A stretch of DNA of 64,000 nt from an uncultured delta proteobacterium (GTDB taxonomy: Bacteria; Desulfobacterota; Binatia; UBA9968), in contig CAWJZV010000008.1 of NCBI GenBank assembly GCA_963847445.1, forward strand, positions 96,001-160,000. Direction: 5' to 3'. Shown here piece by piece: positions 33,449 to 45,400 of this stretch. The first letter of the stretch is position 1, and each line of letters starts with the position of its first letter. The notes beneath the pieces are model-generated. The model saw only the letters and a list, made by a program, of their open reading frames with translations, had not been told where the DNA came from and did not search any database. Made by a program: the position numbers and the translations under genes.

Positions 33449-33940
33449 CGTACACCTCCTTGATTTCCATGAGCGGTAATGAACAGTGCGGACATCGCGA
33501 AGATGCTGCTTGTTCTCGCGTAGACGGACTTCGGGGCACTACTTTTGCTCCAGGCAACAGCGAAAAATCGACAAACTTCTGCGGGTCGAGATCGGCAGGG
33601 ATCCGCGCTGTGGCTCGCGCGCGGCAGCAAAAAGCTCATTGCCAGCAATAGGACGATCGATGGCAATTGTCGTTTCATGCTTTGACTCCTTCACACGATG
33701 GCTGTCCACTTATGATTGGTCAGGGATAGAAGTGTCCTCAGCCTGCGCTGGCGATCTTAATCAAGGGCGAGAGCGCCCGTCAAACTCGTGAGGCGCTTTT
33801 GCGCGCCAACCACATGGGCGATAAGCGTTCGATGCCTTGTCGGCGAGCAACCGTGGTTTTGAATTTGGCGACAATTGTTGACAGCCAGCAACGCCGCTCT
33901 TAGAGTGGGCACCGGCTCCTATGCTGTGACTTTAGCTATA

Positions 33941-35066
33941 ATGACAAAGGCATTATTAACATTTCTCCTTACCCTCTCCATCAGCGGCAGCAGCTTTGCT
34001 GCGGATGCTAAGCCGTCGTGGCGCATCGAATGGGACAAGACCGTGGCGGCAGCGGAGAAGGAGGGCACGGTTTCGATTTACATATTCGAAGCCGGGCCGC
34101 TCACCGAAGAAACCGTGCTTGCCTTCGAGCGCGCCTATCCGAAGATTAAAGTTAACCAATTGCGCGGCCGCGGCAACGATCTCGGTCCGCGCATCGTCGC
34201 CGAGCGGCGCGCCGGCAAATATCTGGTCGATCTCTTCGCCGGTGGCAAAGGGACCGCGTTGGGCACCCTTTACGTCGGCAAACTGCTGGATCCAATCAAG
34301 CCGCTTTTGCTGCTTCCGGATGTCCTGGATGAAACCGAAATGGTGGCGCCGCGAACATAAATACGTCGATCCGGAGAATAAATATATTTTCGCTTACATC
34401 GGCAACGCCGGCGGTGTCGAGATCAATTACAATTCTACTTCGGTCAACCCCAAGGAGTTTACATCCTATTGGGATCTGACCCAGCCCAAGTGGAAAGGCA
34501 AAATCGCCGCCACCGACCCGCGTTCCCGCGGCATGGACAACCCGGTGCTGTTTTTCTACTACCATGCCAAACTTGGACCCGAGTTCATTCGCAAACTTTA
34601 CGGCGACATGGAAGTCGCGATCGCGCGCGACTATCGGCAGCCGGTGGATTGGCTGGCATCTGGAAGGTACGCCCTCTGTATCCCCTGTGTTTCGGACGAA
34701 ATGGACAAGGCGATGGATCAAGGTCTGCCGGTGGGGCAAATTCTCCGGCTTAAGGAAGGCGGCACCCTGAGTTCTTCCGGTGGGACGCTGACGTTGCTGC
34801 AAAATGCGCCCCATCCCAATGCGGCGAAAGTATTCGTCAACTGGCTGTTGTCGCGGGAAGGACAAACCGTGGTGCAAAAAGGCCGCAAGGGGCGCACGCG
34901 CACCGCGTCCAATTCGCTGCGAATCGATATTGCCAAGAACGATCTGCCGGAAGAAGTTCAACGCCGAGAGGGCGTCGACTACTTCGATGCCGACGATGAT
35001 AACTTCGCCGACCGCCGACCGGCGGACAAGTTGTTCAATGAAATTTTTGGCAAGACGAGTAAATAA
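33941..35066 (+). CDS. Fe/polyamine-type extracellular solute-binding protein (frameshift near 34335)
   Basis: AAAEKEG, DLTQPKWKGKI and APHPNAAKVFVNWLLSREGQ motifs. Confidence 0.85.
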
Positions 35067-35090
35067 ACCGCGAGCGAAACTCGGAATAAC

Positions 35091-35200
35091 TCTCGCAAAG
35101 GCGCCAAGCTCGCAAAGTTCGGAACATTACGGTGAAAATAAATCGTAAGACTTTTTTATCCTCTCCGTGTGAACTTCGCGCCTTTGCGCCTTTGCGGGAG
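35091..35200. repeat. 9-nt periodic inverted-repeat element
   Basis: CGCAAAGGCGCCAAGCTCGCAAAG pairs with CTTCGCGCCTTTGCGCCTTTGCG. Confidence 0.65.
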
Positions 35201-35239
35201 AAATATCCGATTCCGGTAAATTACATTTGGGAGAATGCC

Positions 35240-36247
35240 ATGACCAAGATCGTCGGGCGAAGTGGGTTACTCACATTGGTTCTCGCGCTGCTGGTGTTCC
35301 CATCGCAAGGCGTGGCGCAGGACAAGCCGCTGAAAAAAATCTATTGGGGCGTGTCGACATTGTCGCCGACCTTGTGGATCCCTTGGATCGCCAAGGAAGC
35401 GAAGATTTTTGACAAGAACGGCCTCGATGTCGAAGCAGTTTTGCTCAATGGCTCGGGGCGGACTTCGCAGGCCATGCTCTCGGGCAGTCTGTTCGCGGCG
35501 TCCGTCGCGCTGCCGCAGGTTATGTTAGCGGACTTGACCGGCGCCGATCTGGTCAACGTCGCCCACGGCATCGGCGTGCAGGCGAGCCGTCTGATGGTGC
35601 GGCCGGAGATTCGCAAGGTCGAAGATCTCAAGGGCAAGCGCATTGGTATTTCAAGTTTGGGTTCCGCCGGTGATCTATTGTTCGGTTACGTGCTGCGCAA
35701 ATATGGCATCGACACTACCCGCGATGTCATTTGGTTGGCCGTCGGCAACACCGCGGAGCGGCTGCAGGCATTGATGGCCGGTACGGTCGATGCGGCGGAC
35801 ATGACTTACCCCGCCGACGTTGAGGCGGAGCGCAAAGGCTTTCGCCCCTTGCTGGATGCGCGCAAAGAAATTGTCTATCCGACCGCATCGGTGGTGACGC
35901 GGCGTAAGACCATTCGCGAAGAGCGCGACACGGTGATGCGCTTCGTGCGCTCGTTTGTCGAAGGCATCGCCTATCTCAAGCAGAACAAGGAATTCAGCAA
36001 AAAAGTCCTGACCAAATACATGCGCACGACCGATGCGGAATATCTCGAAGGTTCCTACAACATGTTCCGGGACGATTTTATTTCCGTGCCCTATCCGATC
36101 ACCAAAAATCTCGAGGCGATCTATGAGATCGCGGCGTTTCGCCGCCCGGAGATTCGCACGCACAAACCCGAGGAGTTCGTCGACCCAAGCTTTGTCGCCG
36201 AGCTAGAGAAGAGCGGTTTCATCAAAAAGCTTTATGAGGGGAAGTAG
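35240..36247 (+). CDS. NMT1/SsuA-type ABC substrate-binding protein
   Basis: WIAKEAKIFDKNGLDVE, DLKGKRIG and ELEKSGFI. Signal peptide. Confidence 0.87.
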   Translation: MTKIVGRSGLLTLVLALLVFPSQGVAQDKPLKKIYWGVSTLSPTLWIPWIAKEAKIFDKNGLDVEAVLLNGSGRTSQAMLSGSLFAASVALPQVMLADLTGADLVNVAHGIGVQASRLMVRPEIRKVEDLKGKRIGISSLGSAGDLLFGYVLRKYGIDTTRDVIWLAVGNTAERLQALMAGTVDAADMTYPADVEAERKGFRPLLDARKEIVYPTASVVTRRKTIREERDTVMRFVRSFVEGIAYLKQNKEFSKKVLTKYMRTTDAEYLEGSYNMFRDDFISVPYPITKNLEAIYEIAAFRRPEIRTHKPEEFVDPSFVAELEKSGFIKKLYEGK

Positions 36248-36259
36248 GAGGGGAATGGC

Positions 36260-36640
36260 CGCATAGAACGCATAGAACGCAAAAGTTGGATAGGATCATT
36301 CACCACGAAGTGTCCGTGAGCTTGCGCGCCTATAGAGCATGAAAATGGTTGGCTTTCCCAGAACATGCCCCCTCCTCGATTCGGCGCACGCGGGAATCGG
36401 TTTGTTCTGCGCCGAATGCTGGATACCCACTTTCGCGGTATGACGGAACCCAGGTGCCCTTTCATTTTGAAGACCATCCCTACATGTAGTATGTAAGAGG
36501 ACGAAGAGCACGAAGTTCGGAAGAAGATTTGAACCGCAAAGAGCGCAACAAAACGTAAGAGTAAATCCCAACGTAGGGCGCAGCATGCTGCGCCCTTTGT
36601 CAATTCGAACCTTCGTGTCCTTCGTGCCTTCGTGGTGAAA
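36260..36640. repeat. Cluster of nested short repeats and a GTAG-type palindrome
   Basis: GCATAGAAC twice. CACCACGAAG and GCACGAAG pair with CTTCGTG three times. Palindrome AGGGCGCAGCATGCTGCGCCCT at 36575-36596, starting within GTAG. Confidence 0.6.
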
Positions 36641-36683
36641 AATCTGCTTCTATAACAGCCTACAAAAACTTCTAGGGTGCCAT

Positions 36684-37748
36684 TCAAGCGCCCTTGCGGC
36701 CGGTTTCCTTCAGTAGCTTGTCCCAGCGCTCGAGTTCTTTTTCGTATTTGTCCAGCGGCAGGTCGCGTTCGGGGCGCCATTTTTTGAAGCCGTAGTTTTT
36801 GGCGCCGTTGCCGTAGTGATATTTCTCTAGGATGCCTTGGCCTTCGGGGCCGAGCAGGTAGTCGGCGAGCAGCAACGCGGCGTGGGGATGGGGCGGTTGC
36901 GCGGCGATGGCGACGCCGCCGACGTTGGTCGGCACCACATCCATGGCGACCCATTCCACCGGCGCGCCTTTTTGCTGGGCGACGATGACATGGTTGCGAA
37001 AGATCGCCGCGCCGGCGAGGATTTCGCCCGATGCGATGAGATCGAGCAAGGCCGGCGGAATGATCGTGTGCAGGCTGATATCCTGGCCCTTCAATTTTTT
37101 CACCAGCTCCGGACCGTGGGTTTTTAGAATTCCTGCGATGGTTTTGTTACTGGTATCGTCGAGGGTGAGGCCCATTCTGCCCTTGAGAGCGGGATGGAGC
37201 AGTCCTTGGTAGTTTTTTGGCACGGCGTCTTTGGGCAGCAGGTTCTTGTTATAGCCGAAGCCGATGTAGGACTCGCGCGCGGTGCCCCAGAAGTATAGTC
37301 CGCGTTCGCCCTTGACCTTGGCGTCCTCGGGATAGGAGGCAAAATAAGGCGAGTGATAAGGCCGTAGCAGAAAAGCCTCGCGCTGGAACATTAAGTTGGA
37401 TTCGGTGGTTTCGATGGTGTCGACGATGGCCCGTTTGGCCTTGGCTTCCTCGACCATGCGGTTGGTGATCTCGCCGCCGTTGGTGCGGTAAGCTTCGATT
37501 TTGACGCCGGCATATTTTGTCTCGAAGGCCTTGATCATGGCCTTGTAGGAGTCGCCGGCGAGGGACGTGTACCAGGTCGCTTTCCCTTCGGTCTTCGCGC
37601 CGGCGTAGAGCATCGCTTCGCGGTCTTTGCCGTTGTAGGTGACCAGCTCGGAGGCGGTCTGCGGCTTGCGCGGCTGAGCGTCGAGTTCGCCGGGCAATAG
37701 CACCGAATCGAGCGCTAGGACTGATAGGACGAATAATAAGACAAGCAT
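36684..37748 (-). CDS. Extracellular solute-binding protein, tandem paralog 1
   Basis: GAKTEGKATWYTS and PPHPHAALL. Very similar to both neighbours. Confidence 0.88.
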   Translation of the reverse strand: MLVLLFVLSVLALDSVLLPGELDAQPRKPQTASELVTYNGKDREAMLYAGAKTEGKATWYTSLAGDSYKAMIKAFETKYAGVKIEAYRTNGGEITNRMVEEAKAKRAIVDTIETTESNLMFQREAFLLRPYHSPYFASYPEDAKVKGERGLYFWGTARESYIGFGYNKNLLPKDAVPKNYQGLLHPALKGRMGLTLDDTSNKTIAGILKTHGPELVKKLKGQDISLHTIIPPALLDLIASGEILAGAAIFRNHVIVAQQKGAPVEWVAMDVVPTNVGGVAIAAQPPHPHAALLLADYLLGPEGQGILEKYHYGNGAKNYGFKKWRPERDLPLDKYEKELERWDKLLKETGRKGA

Positions 37749-37811
37749 CGTTGTGGTTCTCCTGCAAGACTCTTATCGTGCGCCGGCTCCGCTGACAAGC
37801 CGAGATTACTT

Positions 37812-38864
37812 CTATGCGCCGCGGCGGCTGATCTCTTTCAGCAGCTTTTCCCAGCGCTCCAGCTCCTTTTCGTACTTGTCGGTAGTGATGCCATGGTCGG
37901 GGCGCCATTTGTTGAAACCGAGTTTCTTCGCCGCGCTGCCATATTCATATTTTTCCAAGACCGCTTGTCCTTCACTGCCGAGGAGATAATCGGCCAGCAG
38001 CAAAGCGCCGTGCGGGTGCGGTGGTTGCACGGCGATGGCGGCGCCGCCGACATTGGTCGGCACGATGTCCATGGGTACCCATTCTACCGGCGCGCCTTTG
38101 CTGATCGCGTTCAATGTGTGGTTGCGAAAGATGCCGGGCGACGCCAGCACTTCACCGGAAGCGATCAATTCCAACAGCGCCGGCGGGATGATTGTATGCA
38201 GGGCGATTTCTTGCACCTTTAGTTTTTTGACAAACTCTTGGCCCTTGGTGCGCAGCATGGCGCCGATGACTTTATAGGCGGGATCGCTGACCGACACGCC
38301 CATGCGGCCTTTGAGCTCTGGATGGAGCAGACCGTCATAGTTTTTCGGCACGGCGCTTTTCGACAGGAGCTTCTTGTTGTAAGCAAAACCGATATAAGAC
38401 TCCCGCGCGATGCCCCAGAAATATAATCCGCGCTCGCTTTTTTCCTTGGCGTCCTCCGGATAATTGGCGAAGTGCGGTGAGTGATAGGGACGCAAGAGAA
38501 AAGCGTCGCGCATGAACATCAAGTTGCCTTCGGTGGTTTCGACGGCATCGACGATGTAACGCTTGGCCTTCGACTCCTCCATCATGCGCACGGTCATGTC
38601 GGAGCCGGAGACGCGGTAGGCATCGAGCTTGACACCGGGATACCTGGCTTCAAAGGCTTTGGCCATGCCTTTATACGAGTCGCCGGAAAGCGACGTGTAC
38701 CAGGTGACTTTGCCTTCGCTCTTGGCGCCGGCGTAGAGCAGGGCTTCGCGGTCTTTGCCGTTGTAAGTGACGAGCTCGGAGATAGTCTGCGGCTTGCGTT
38801 GGGCGAGCAGGTCGTTGGCGAAGAGGATCGATCCGACCGATAAGACGAATATTAGGAAGTGCAT
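37812..38864 (-). CDS. Extracellular solute-binding protein, tandem paralog 2
   Basis: GAKSEGKVTWYTS and PPHPHGALL. Confidence 0.88.
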   Translation of the reverse strand: MHFLIFVLSVGSILFANDLLAQRKPQTISELVTYNGKDREALLYAGAKSEGKVTWYTSLSGDSYKGMAKAFEARYPGVKLDAYRVSGSDMTVRMMEESKAKRYIVDAVETTEGNLMFMRDAFLLRPYHSPHFANYPEDAKEKSERGLYFWGIARESYIGFAYNKKLLSKSAVPKNYDGLLHPELKGRMGVSVSDPAYKVIGAMLRTKGQEFVKKLKVQEIALHTIIPPALLELIASGEVLASPGIFRNHTLNAISKGAPVEWVPMDIVPTNVGGAAIAVQPPHPHGALLLADYLLGSEGQAVLEKYEYGSAAKKLGFNKWRPDHGITTDKYEKELERWEKLLKEISRRGA

Positions 38865-38886
38865 CGCGATAGGCTCCTTTGCTGCG

Positions 38887-39045
38887 TTAGTGTTGGCTGA
38901 TTTCTCTAGCGAGTTTACCCCACTTTAAGCTGTCTTTCTCATAGTCTTCCGACGATCGACCTTGGTCTTGGTACCATCTTTTGAAGCCGTAGTCTGTTGC
39001 CGGTTGGCCGTAGTGAAACTTATCGAGAATCTTCGGCGCATCGGC
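38887..39045 (-). pseudogene. 3' remnant of a fourth solute-binding protein paralog
   Basis: KILDKFHYGQPATDYGFKRWY...YEKDSLKWGKLAREISQH matches the C-termini of the flanking paralogs. Confidence 0.75.
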
Positions 39046-39107
39046 AAGCAGGATAGGAAGGATGGACCAAAACCAGAGAGTGCATCGCGGAAGTCTCCTC
39101 TGCTGCG

Positions 39108-40157
39108 TCAACGTTGAGTGATTTCCTTGGCGAGCTTTTCCCACTTCTCGCTATCTTTCTCAAATTGTTCGAGGGAGCGGCCGAAGCCGGGATGCCAACG
39201 TTTGAACGGCAGATTGCTGGACGGATGACCGTATTGAAACTTCTCCAAGACCTTGCGCGCTTCGGCGCCGAGCAGAAAGTCGACAAACAGCGTCGCGGCG
39301 TGCGGGTGCGGCGGCTGGGCGCTGAGGCTGACGCATCCCGAGTTGGTCGGCACCAGCTCCATCGGCACCCAGCTCGCCGGCGAGCCGCGCTCGGCCGAGA
39401 CCATGGCGTGATTTCTGTAAATATGAAACGACGCGCCGAGCTCGCCTGACGCCATCAGATCCACCAGCGCGGCGCTGCTGACGGTGTAAATGCGAATCTG
39501 CTGCGCTTTGAGTTTTTTGACGAAGGCTTCGCCCTTAAGTTTAATCATGGCGCCGATCATGCGCGCTGAACTTTCATTGAGCGTGATGCCCAGTTTCCCT
39601 TTCAACTGCGGATGGAGCAGGCCATCGAAACCTTTGGGCACAGCATCGGCAGGCACCTGATCCTTGCTAAAACCGAAGCCCATGTACGATTCGCGAAAGA
39701 TCGTCCAGAAGGTTAGACCGGCATCGGCCTTCTCCTTGGCGTCGCTTGGGTAGGCGGCGAGCAGCGGCGAATTGTACGGCCGGGTGAGGCCGTAGGCCTT
39801 CGACACCATGGTGAAATCGTAGGTGGTTTCGAGCGCATCCATGGTCGGCCGGCGCGCCTTGGTTTCCTCCGACATGCGCGTGACCAGATCGCTGCCGCCG
39901 GCGCGAAACGCTTCGACGCGCACGCCCGGATATTTAGTTTCGAAGGCTCGCGCCAGCGTCTTGTACGAGTCGCCCGCCAGCGAGGTGTACCAGGTGATCA
40001 CGCCTTCGCTCTTGGCGCCGGCATAGAGCAGCTGCTCGCGGTCCGCGCCCATGTAGGTGGAGATTTCCGACACGGTGGCGGGCTTGCGCGGCTGGGCGAA
40101 GAGTTGATTGGCGAAAAGCAGCGAAAAGACTACTAGACCGGATATCGCATGCAACAT
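39108..40157 (-). CDS. Extracellular solute-binding protein, tandem paralog 3
   Basis: GAKSEGVITWYTS and PPHPHAATL. AGGAG RBS precedes ATG 40157. Confidence 0.88.
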   Translation of the reverse strand: MLHAISGLVVFSLLFANQLFAQPRKPATVSEISTYMGADREQLLYAGAKSEGVITWYTSLAGDSYKTLARAFETKYPGVRVEAFRAGGSDLVTRMSEETKARRPTMDALETTYDFTMVSKAYGLTRPYNSPLLAAYPSDAKEKADAGLTFWTIFRESYMGFGFSKDQVPADAVPKGFDGLLHPQLKGKLGITLNESSARMIGAMIKLKGEAFVKKLKAQQIRIYTVSSAALVDLMASGELGASFHIYRNHAMVSAERGSPASWVPMELVPTNSGCVSLSAQPPHPHAATLFVDFLLGAEARKVLEKFQYGHPSSNLPFKRWHPGFGRSLEQFEKDSEKWEKLAKEITQR

Positions 40158-40393
40158 GATGGTGATCTCCTGTGCCTTTGCTGGCCGGTGGGGCTGGCAA
40201 CGCGTATCTCTTCCGCCCGGATAGCATGGCGCATCGAAGCGAGTCAATGCGCAGGCGATCCTTCTTCCCAAAAGGGGGCGATCACCAACTTACCCGAATG
40301 GGGCTTGTGAGAAGTTTTCGTAGTTGTTATCGCTCTGACCGGATTGAGGAGCAGGAACGGTTAAGAAAAACGACCAACTCGAGGAGGAGTTTT

Positions 40394-40951
40394 ATGAATA
40401 GGAAATTGGTTGCAGCGTTTGCGCTGGGGATATCACTCATCGTGAGTGGAACTGTTTTTGCGGACGACAAACGCAAGAAGGAAACTGTGCTTCATGCAAG
40501 CTTGCACGGCTTTCAGGAAGTTCCGTCAGTGTCGACGCCGGCACGCGGCGAGTTCCGTGCAAGAATCAACAAGGATGAATTGTCCATCGATTATGAGCTC
40601 ACTTACGAGGGGCTACAGAACACGGTTACCCAAGCTCATATTCACTTTGGCCAGCGGGCCGTCAACGGCAGTATTGTTATCTGGCTATGCGGTACCGCGT
40701 CCAACCCTGGACCGGCTGGTACCCAGACTTGTCCTCAAACCGCGAAAGATCTCACCACCGTCAAGGGCACGATCACCGCGTCAAATGTGATAGCGTCGAG
40801 CCAGTTAAATCAAGAGATCCTGGCGGGAGAACTGGCGGAAGTCATCGCGGCGCTGCGTGCCGGGGTTGCTTACGCAAATGTTCACTCGACACCAAACACG
40901 ACCGGTGGTGAAATCCGCGGGCAGATCAACCAAGGACGTAAGGACGACTAA
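40394..40951 (+). CDS. Secreted CHRD-domain protein
   Basis: Signal peptide. LHGFQEVP, QAHIHFG, YANVHS and GGEIRGQI motifs. GAGGAG RBS. Confidence 0.9.
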   Translation: MNRKLVAAFALGISLIVSGTVFADDKRKKETVLHASLHGFQEVPSVSTPARGEFRARINKDELSIDYELTYEGLQNTVTQAHIHFGQRAVNGSIVIWLCGTASNPGPAGTQTCPQTAKDLTTVKGTITASNVIASSQLNQEILAGELAEVIAALRAGVAYANVHSTPNTTGGEIRGQINQGRKDD

Positions 40952-40978
40952 CATCGTCCCAATGCTGGTCTTATCGAT

Positions 40979-41022
40979 AAAGCGGCGCTTCCACAAGTTG
41001 TCCGTGCAAGCGCCGCTTTTTT
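40979..41022. terminator. Intrinsic terminator between convergent genes
   Basis: AAAGCGGCGCTT/AAGCGCCGCTTT stem followed by a T run. Confidence 0.7.
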
Positions 41023-42124
41023 ATCGATTAAAGTTGTTTACTTGCTTCCTTGCTCCATGTACTGGCGCAGGAAGCTCAATAGCTCCGGCGCTACTTGCGC
41101 GGCACGTTGAAAGGTTTTCTCTCCCTGTTCGCCGACCTCGAAGCGCGGATAAAAGCGCATGACTTTCTGCGATTCGGCGATGAAATCGGCGTCTTTCGAT
41201 AGCGCTGTGACCGCTTGCTCGCAGCGTCGTCACCGCTTCCGGCGGCGAGTTGGGCGGCAGCATGATGGTGCGGGTCATGTTGGTGCTCGACATGTTCGCG
41301 GCTTTCAATGCGTCGTACTTGATGCCGCTCGGCAGCTTGCCAAAAACTTGCCGGTAATAATGGGTGAAGGGGAGCAGTTCCGGGACATCGGGACTGACGA
41401 CGATTTCGCCGTCGAAGGAGACCAGATCGGTGTAATAGAGCGCTGTAACCATGCCGGTTTGCACCATCTGCGGTTCGACGGCGGAGCGGTAGCTCGGCAG
41501 CGTCTCGTCGTGGTAATGCGCTTCGCCGCGCTGCACCGCGAGCCTGGCGGTGGACGAGGAATTGTATCCAGTCACGTAATCATATTTCAGCCCAAGCAGA
41601 TCGAAGGACAGCCGGAAACGCACGTCTTTGGAACTCGCTAAGCCCAACCCCGCCGCTCTGAAACGGTCGGCCTTGACGAAGTCCGCGGCCTTCTTAATGC
41701 CCGGCGCGAGATCGGAGCGAATATAAGAAACCGTCACTCCCTGGACGCCGGAGATGAAGCCGAACTTGGCGAAGTCGACGCGCAGGCCCGGCTCTTTCAA
41801 TTGATGATGAAACAAGGTGCCGGTGAGATAGCCGGCGGTAAGACCATCCGGTTTCGCCACCTCGCCGAGAAAATTCACCGCGGTCACGCCGCCGCCCCCG
41901 CCCATCGCCTGGATCGTCACCGCGGGATTGCCTGGAATATGCTTCGCTAAATGTTTGGCGATGACCCGCCCTTCGATATCGGTGGGGCCGCCGGCGGCGA
42001 AGTTGATGATGACGGTGAGTGTCTTGCCCTGATAGAAAGGAACCTTCTCCGCGGCGCGCACCGGCGTGTAAACACCGAGAACCAAACCGAGGCAGAAAAT
42101 CTGCAATAAATGTTTTCGTTTCAT
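41021..42124 (-). CDS. Bug/TctC-family substrate-binding protein (C-terminal frameshift likely)
   Basis: FYQGKTL, AGGPTD, KPDGLT and LPPNSP motifs. Confidence 0.85.
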   Translation of the reverse strand: MKRKHLLQIFCLGLVLGVYTPVRAAEKVPFYQGKTLTVIINFAAGGPTDIEGRVIAKHLAKHIPGNPAVTIQAMGGGGGVTAVNFLGEVAKPDGLTAGYLTGTLFHHQLKEPGLRVDFAKFGFISGVQGVTVSYIRSDLAPGIKKAADFVKADRFRAAGLGLASSKDVRFRLSFDLLGLKYDYVTGYNSSSTARLAVQRGEAHYHDETLPSYRSAVEPQMVQTGMVTALYYTDLVSFDGEIVVSPDVPELLPFTHYYRQVFGKLPSGIKYDALKAANMSSTNMTRTIMLPPNSPPEAVTTLRASGHSAIERRRFHRRIAESHALLSALRGRRTGRENLSTCRASSAGAIELPAPVHGARKQVNNFNR

Positions 42125-42438
42125 GGTGCTCTCCTTTTTGACGCTGGAAAGTTAGAAACAGAAATCCCTTTAAACCGCGCCGCCGCCACAGTGGTTGCAA
42201 AGGAACCTTTAGCATTAAACTCATCTGGCGCCAAATGCGCCGACAATAGCCCGCATGTCCGGCTAAATCAGCGACTTGGCCACCCGTGGAGACCGCGTCC
42301 GATTGCCGCAGCTTGCCAAAGTCACCAGCAAATCTCCGGGCAAACTCCATAACTGTTCAACGCCACGGTCGATATTAGGTCTCAGGTCGGGAGTCGGCAC
42401 AAGATAATTATCCGCCTTCGCCGCCCCGATGATTTATA

Positions 42439-45400
42439 ATGACATGCTTAATGATGACTGCATCCTGGCTAACCCGCAGTGCCAACATAATCGTAACTAT
42501 CTCGGGCTATTTCATTCTGGCGTGGCTAGTTAACTCATTAAACAGCGGATCGACTTCCGAGGCGGTGATTTGGCCGTCCGCCGGTCTGGCCCTTGCGGCA
42601 TTGTTGGGTTTTGGTTATTCGGCGAGTGTTGGAGTTTTCCTCGGGTCCTTCGCGTTTAGCAGCTGGCTCGCCTGGCAAAACGATCAGCTCGCTTCCATAG
42701 CCAGTCAAGCTGGTATAGCGGCGATGGGTCGGGCGCTTGGAGCAACTTTGCAAGCGCTGATCGGCGCGCTGCTGGTGCGCCGTTTCATAATATTGCCGAA
42801 TAATTTTGACCGCGAACTCGATATCGCGAAGTTTCTCGTCATCGCTGGGCCGTTGACGGGTCTGGTCAGCGCCAGTGGGTCCGTAACGCTGCAATGGATC
42901 ACCGGCGCCGTTCCATCGAGCGAATATTTTTCAATCTGGCTTGCCTGGTGGGTGCGCGATCTGGTCGGCAGCCTGATGATAACGCCAATTTTGCTCTTGT
43001 TCCTGGGCGAACAGCGTCTTGTGAACTGGCGTCGCATCCTAACGGTTGGCGCGCCAGTAACTGTCCTGGCCGTGGTGGTGTGCGGCATCTTTATCTACGC
43101 GCGAGATTGGCAGAAAACCGAGAGCCAAATCGAACTTGGCAGGCAGGCGACCAGCGTCTCTGACTCTTTGCAGAATAGCTTGAGCAGCCAATTAGCGTTG
43201 CTCCAAACCATGGCCAGTTTTTATGCCAGCGCCGATGAAGTGAGCCGTCGGGAGTTCGCCAGCTTCGTGCGCACCTTAAGCAAAGACAATCGCGGGTTGC
43301 AGGCGATCGCATGGGTGCCGCGCGTGACCAACGCGCAGCGCGCCGAGTATGAGCGCATGGCGCGCCAGGACGGCTATCCGGCGTTTGAACTCAAAGAGCG
43401 CAATTATTACGGCAAATTAATTCGCGCCGGCGTGCGCGCCGAATACTTTCCGGTTTATTTCGTCGAGCCTTACCAGGGAAACGAAGCGGTGATCGGTTTC
43501 GATCTAGGGTCGAGCCCGCCCCGTCTAGCGGCGCTGTCCTCGGCGCGAGACAACGGAGTGGCTACTGCCAGTGGCCGAGTCCAATTGATCCCAACACAGA
43601 GCGGCCAGTCTGGAGTCCTAGTTTTGCAACCTATCTACGGCGAAGGCCGGCCGCTAAGTATCGCGAACCAACGGCAGCAGAATCTGCGTGGCTTCGCTCT
43701 GGTGGTTTTAAATGTTGAAGACCTAGTTAACAGTGCAATCGGTCATCTTGGGCTGACCCATATTGACCTGAAGATCTATGACGACAACGGCGTGGCCGGC
43801 GACCAACTGCTTTTCTCTTCGGCTCGAGGCGACGAGGATGATCATTCGAATGACACCGGGTTACACTGGGTGACGACAGCTAAATTTGCCGGCCGCGACT
43901 GGCGCATCGCGATCTATCCATCGGCCTTGTCGCAACTTAAAAATGATTCTTGGCAAGCGTCAGCGGTGCTCATTTTCGGCACGGCGTTGACGACGATGTT
44001 GGGGGTGATTCTTCTGTGGACGACCGGACGGGCGGCCAGAGTCGAAGGCTTGGTGCATGAGCGGACCGCCGATCTGGCGCGGGAGATCACCCAGCGCAAA
44101 GCCACTGATGCGAAATTACGGAGCAGCGAAACCCGCGTTCAAGCAGTGTTCGAAGCCGCGCCCAGCGGCATTTTTACCGTCGACGGTAGTGGCAATGTGG
44201 AATCGATCAATCCCGCCGGCGAAACGATTTTTGGATACCCTGCGGCGGCTCTGATCGGCAAGCCGGCGCGCTCGTTATTCTTCGGTCCGTACCAGCGTTT
44301 ATTCGAAAGCCGCATCGGCATTTATGAAGAATCAGGGGTGAGCGAAGTGCAGCACTCGGCGTGGGAATTGCAAGGTCAACGCTCGGACGGTTCAGTGTTT
44401 CCTCTAGAGCTGGCGCTGAGCGCGGCGCGCATAGAAGATCAGGTAATCTCCATCGGTATCGTCCACGATATATTCGAACAGAAACGCGTCCATGCGGAGT
44501 TAGCGCAAGCTAAAGAGGCGGCTGAGAGCTCCAGTCGCGCCAAAAGCGAATTTCTCGCCAGCATGAGCCATGAAATCCGCACGCCAATGAACGCGATTAT
44601 CGGCATGGCGGATTTGCTCAGAGAGACATCTCTTAACTCTGAACAAACGGATTACGTCAACACCTTCGCCAACGCAGGCGAAGCGCTGCTCAGCCTGATC
44701 AACGATATTTTAGATGTGTCAAAAATCGAAGCGGGGCAACTGGAGCTCGAACAGGTTCCCATTCAGCCTCGAACCCATGATCGAGAAGCCCTTCGCCATG
44801 CTCGCTGGGCGCGCCCATAAAAAGGGGCTGGAGATCGCCTACAAGATAGCCCCCGACGTTCCCCGTGGAATCGTCGGCGACGCCACGCGGCTGGGACAAA
44901 TGATCATCAACTTGATGACCAACGGGATTAAATTTACTGAAAAAGGCGAGGTTATTTTGACCGTCGCCGTCGACGCCGATAGCTCCCCGGAAAACTGTAT
45001 CTTGCGCTTTTCCGTCAGCGATACTGGCATCGGTATTCCGGCGGAGAAGCTCGATATGATCTTCGAGCGCTTCACCCAAGTCGATTCGTCGACGACGCGC
45101 CGGTTTGGCGGCACCGGCCTCGGTTTGGCGATCTGTAAACAACTAGCTGCGATGATGGGCGGGCGGATTTGGGTCGAAAGCACTCTCGGTCACGGCAGTA
45201 GGTTTAGTTTTACCGCCCGCTTCGCAGTGGCGGCTGAAGCAGACTTACCAGGGCTGCCGCGGCAAAATCTTAGCGGCCTCAAAGCCATGATCGTTGACGA
45301 TAACCTGACCAATTTGATGATTGAGCAGCAGATCCTGGTCTCGATGGGAATGCACGCCGGGGTGTGTGCCAGCGGTCGCGAGGGTTTAGCCGAGTTGCAG

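Noticed and set aside
33328-33678. ORF starting with a signal-peptide-like sequence
   Set aside because: Runs into the gluconolactonase gene and has no recognisable domain; may be a frameshifted remnant.
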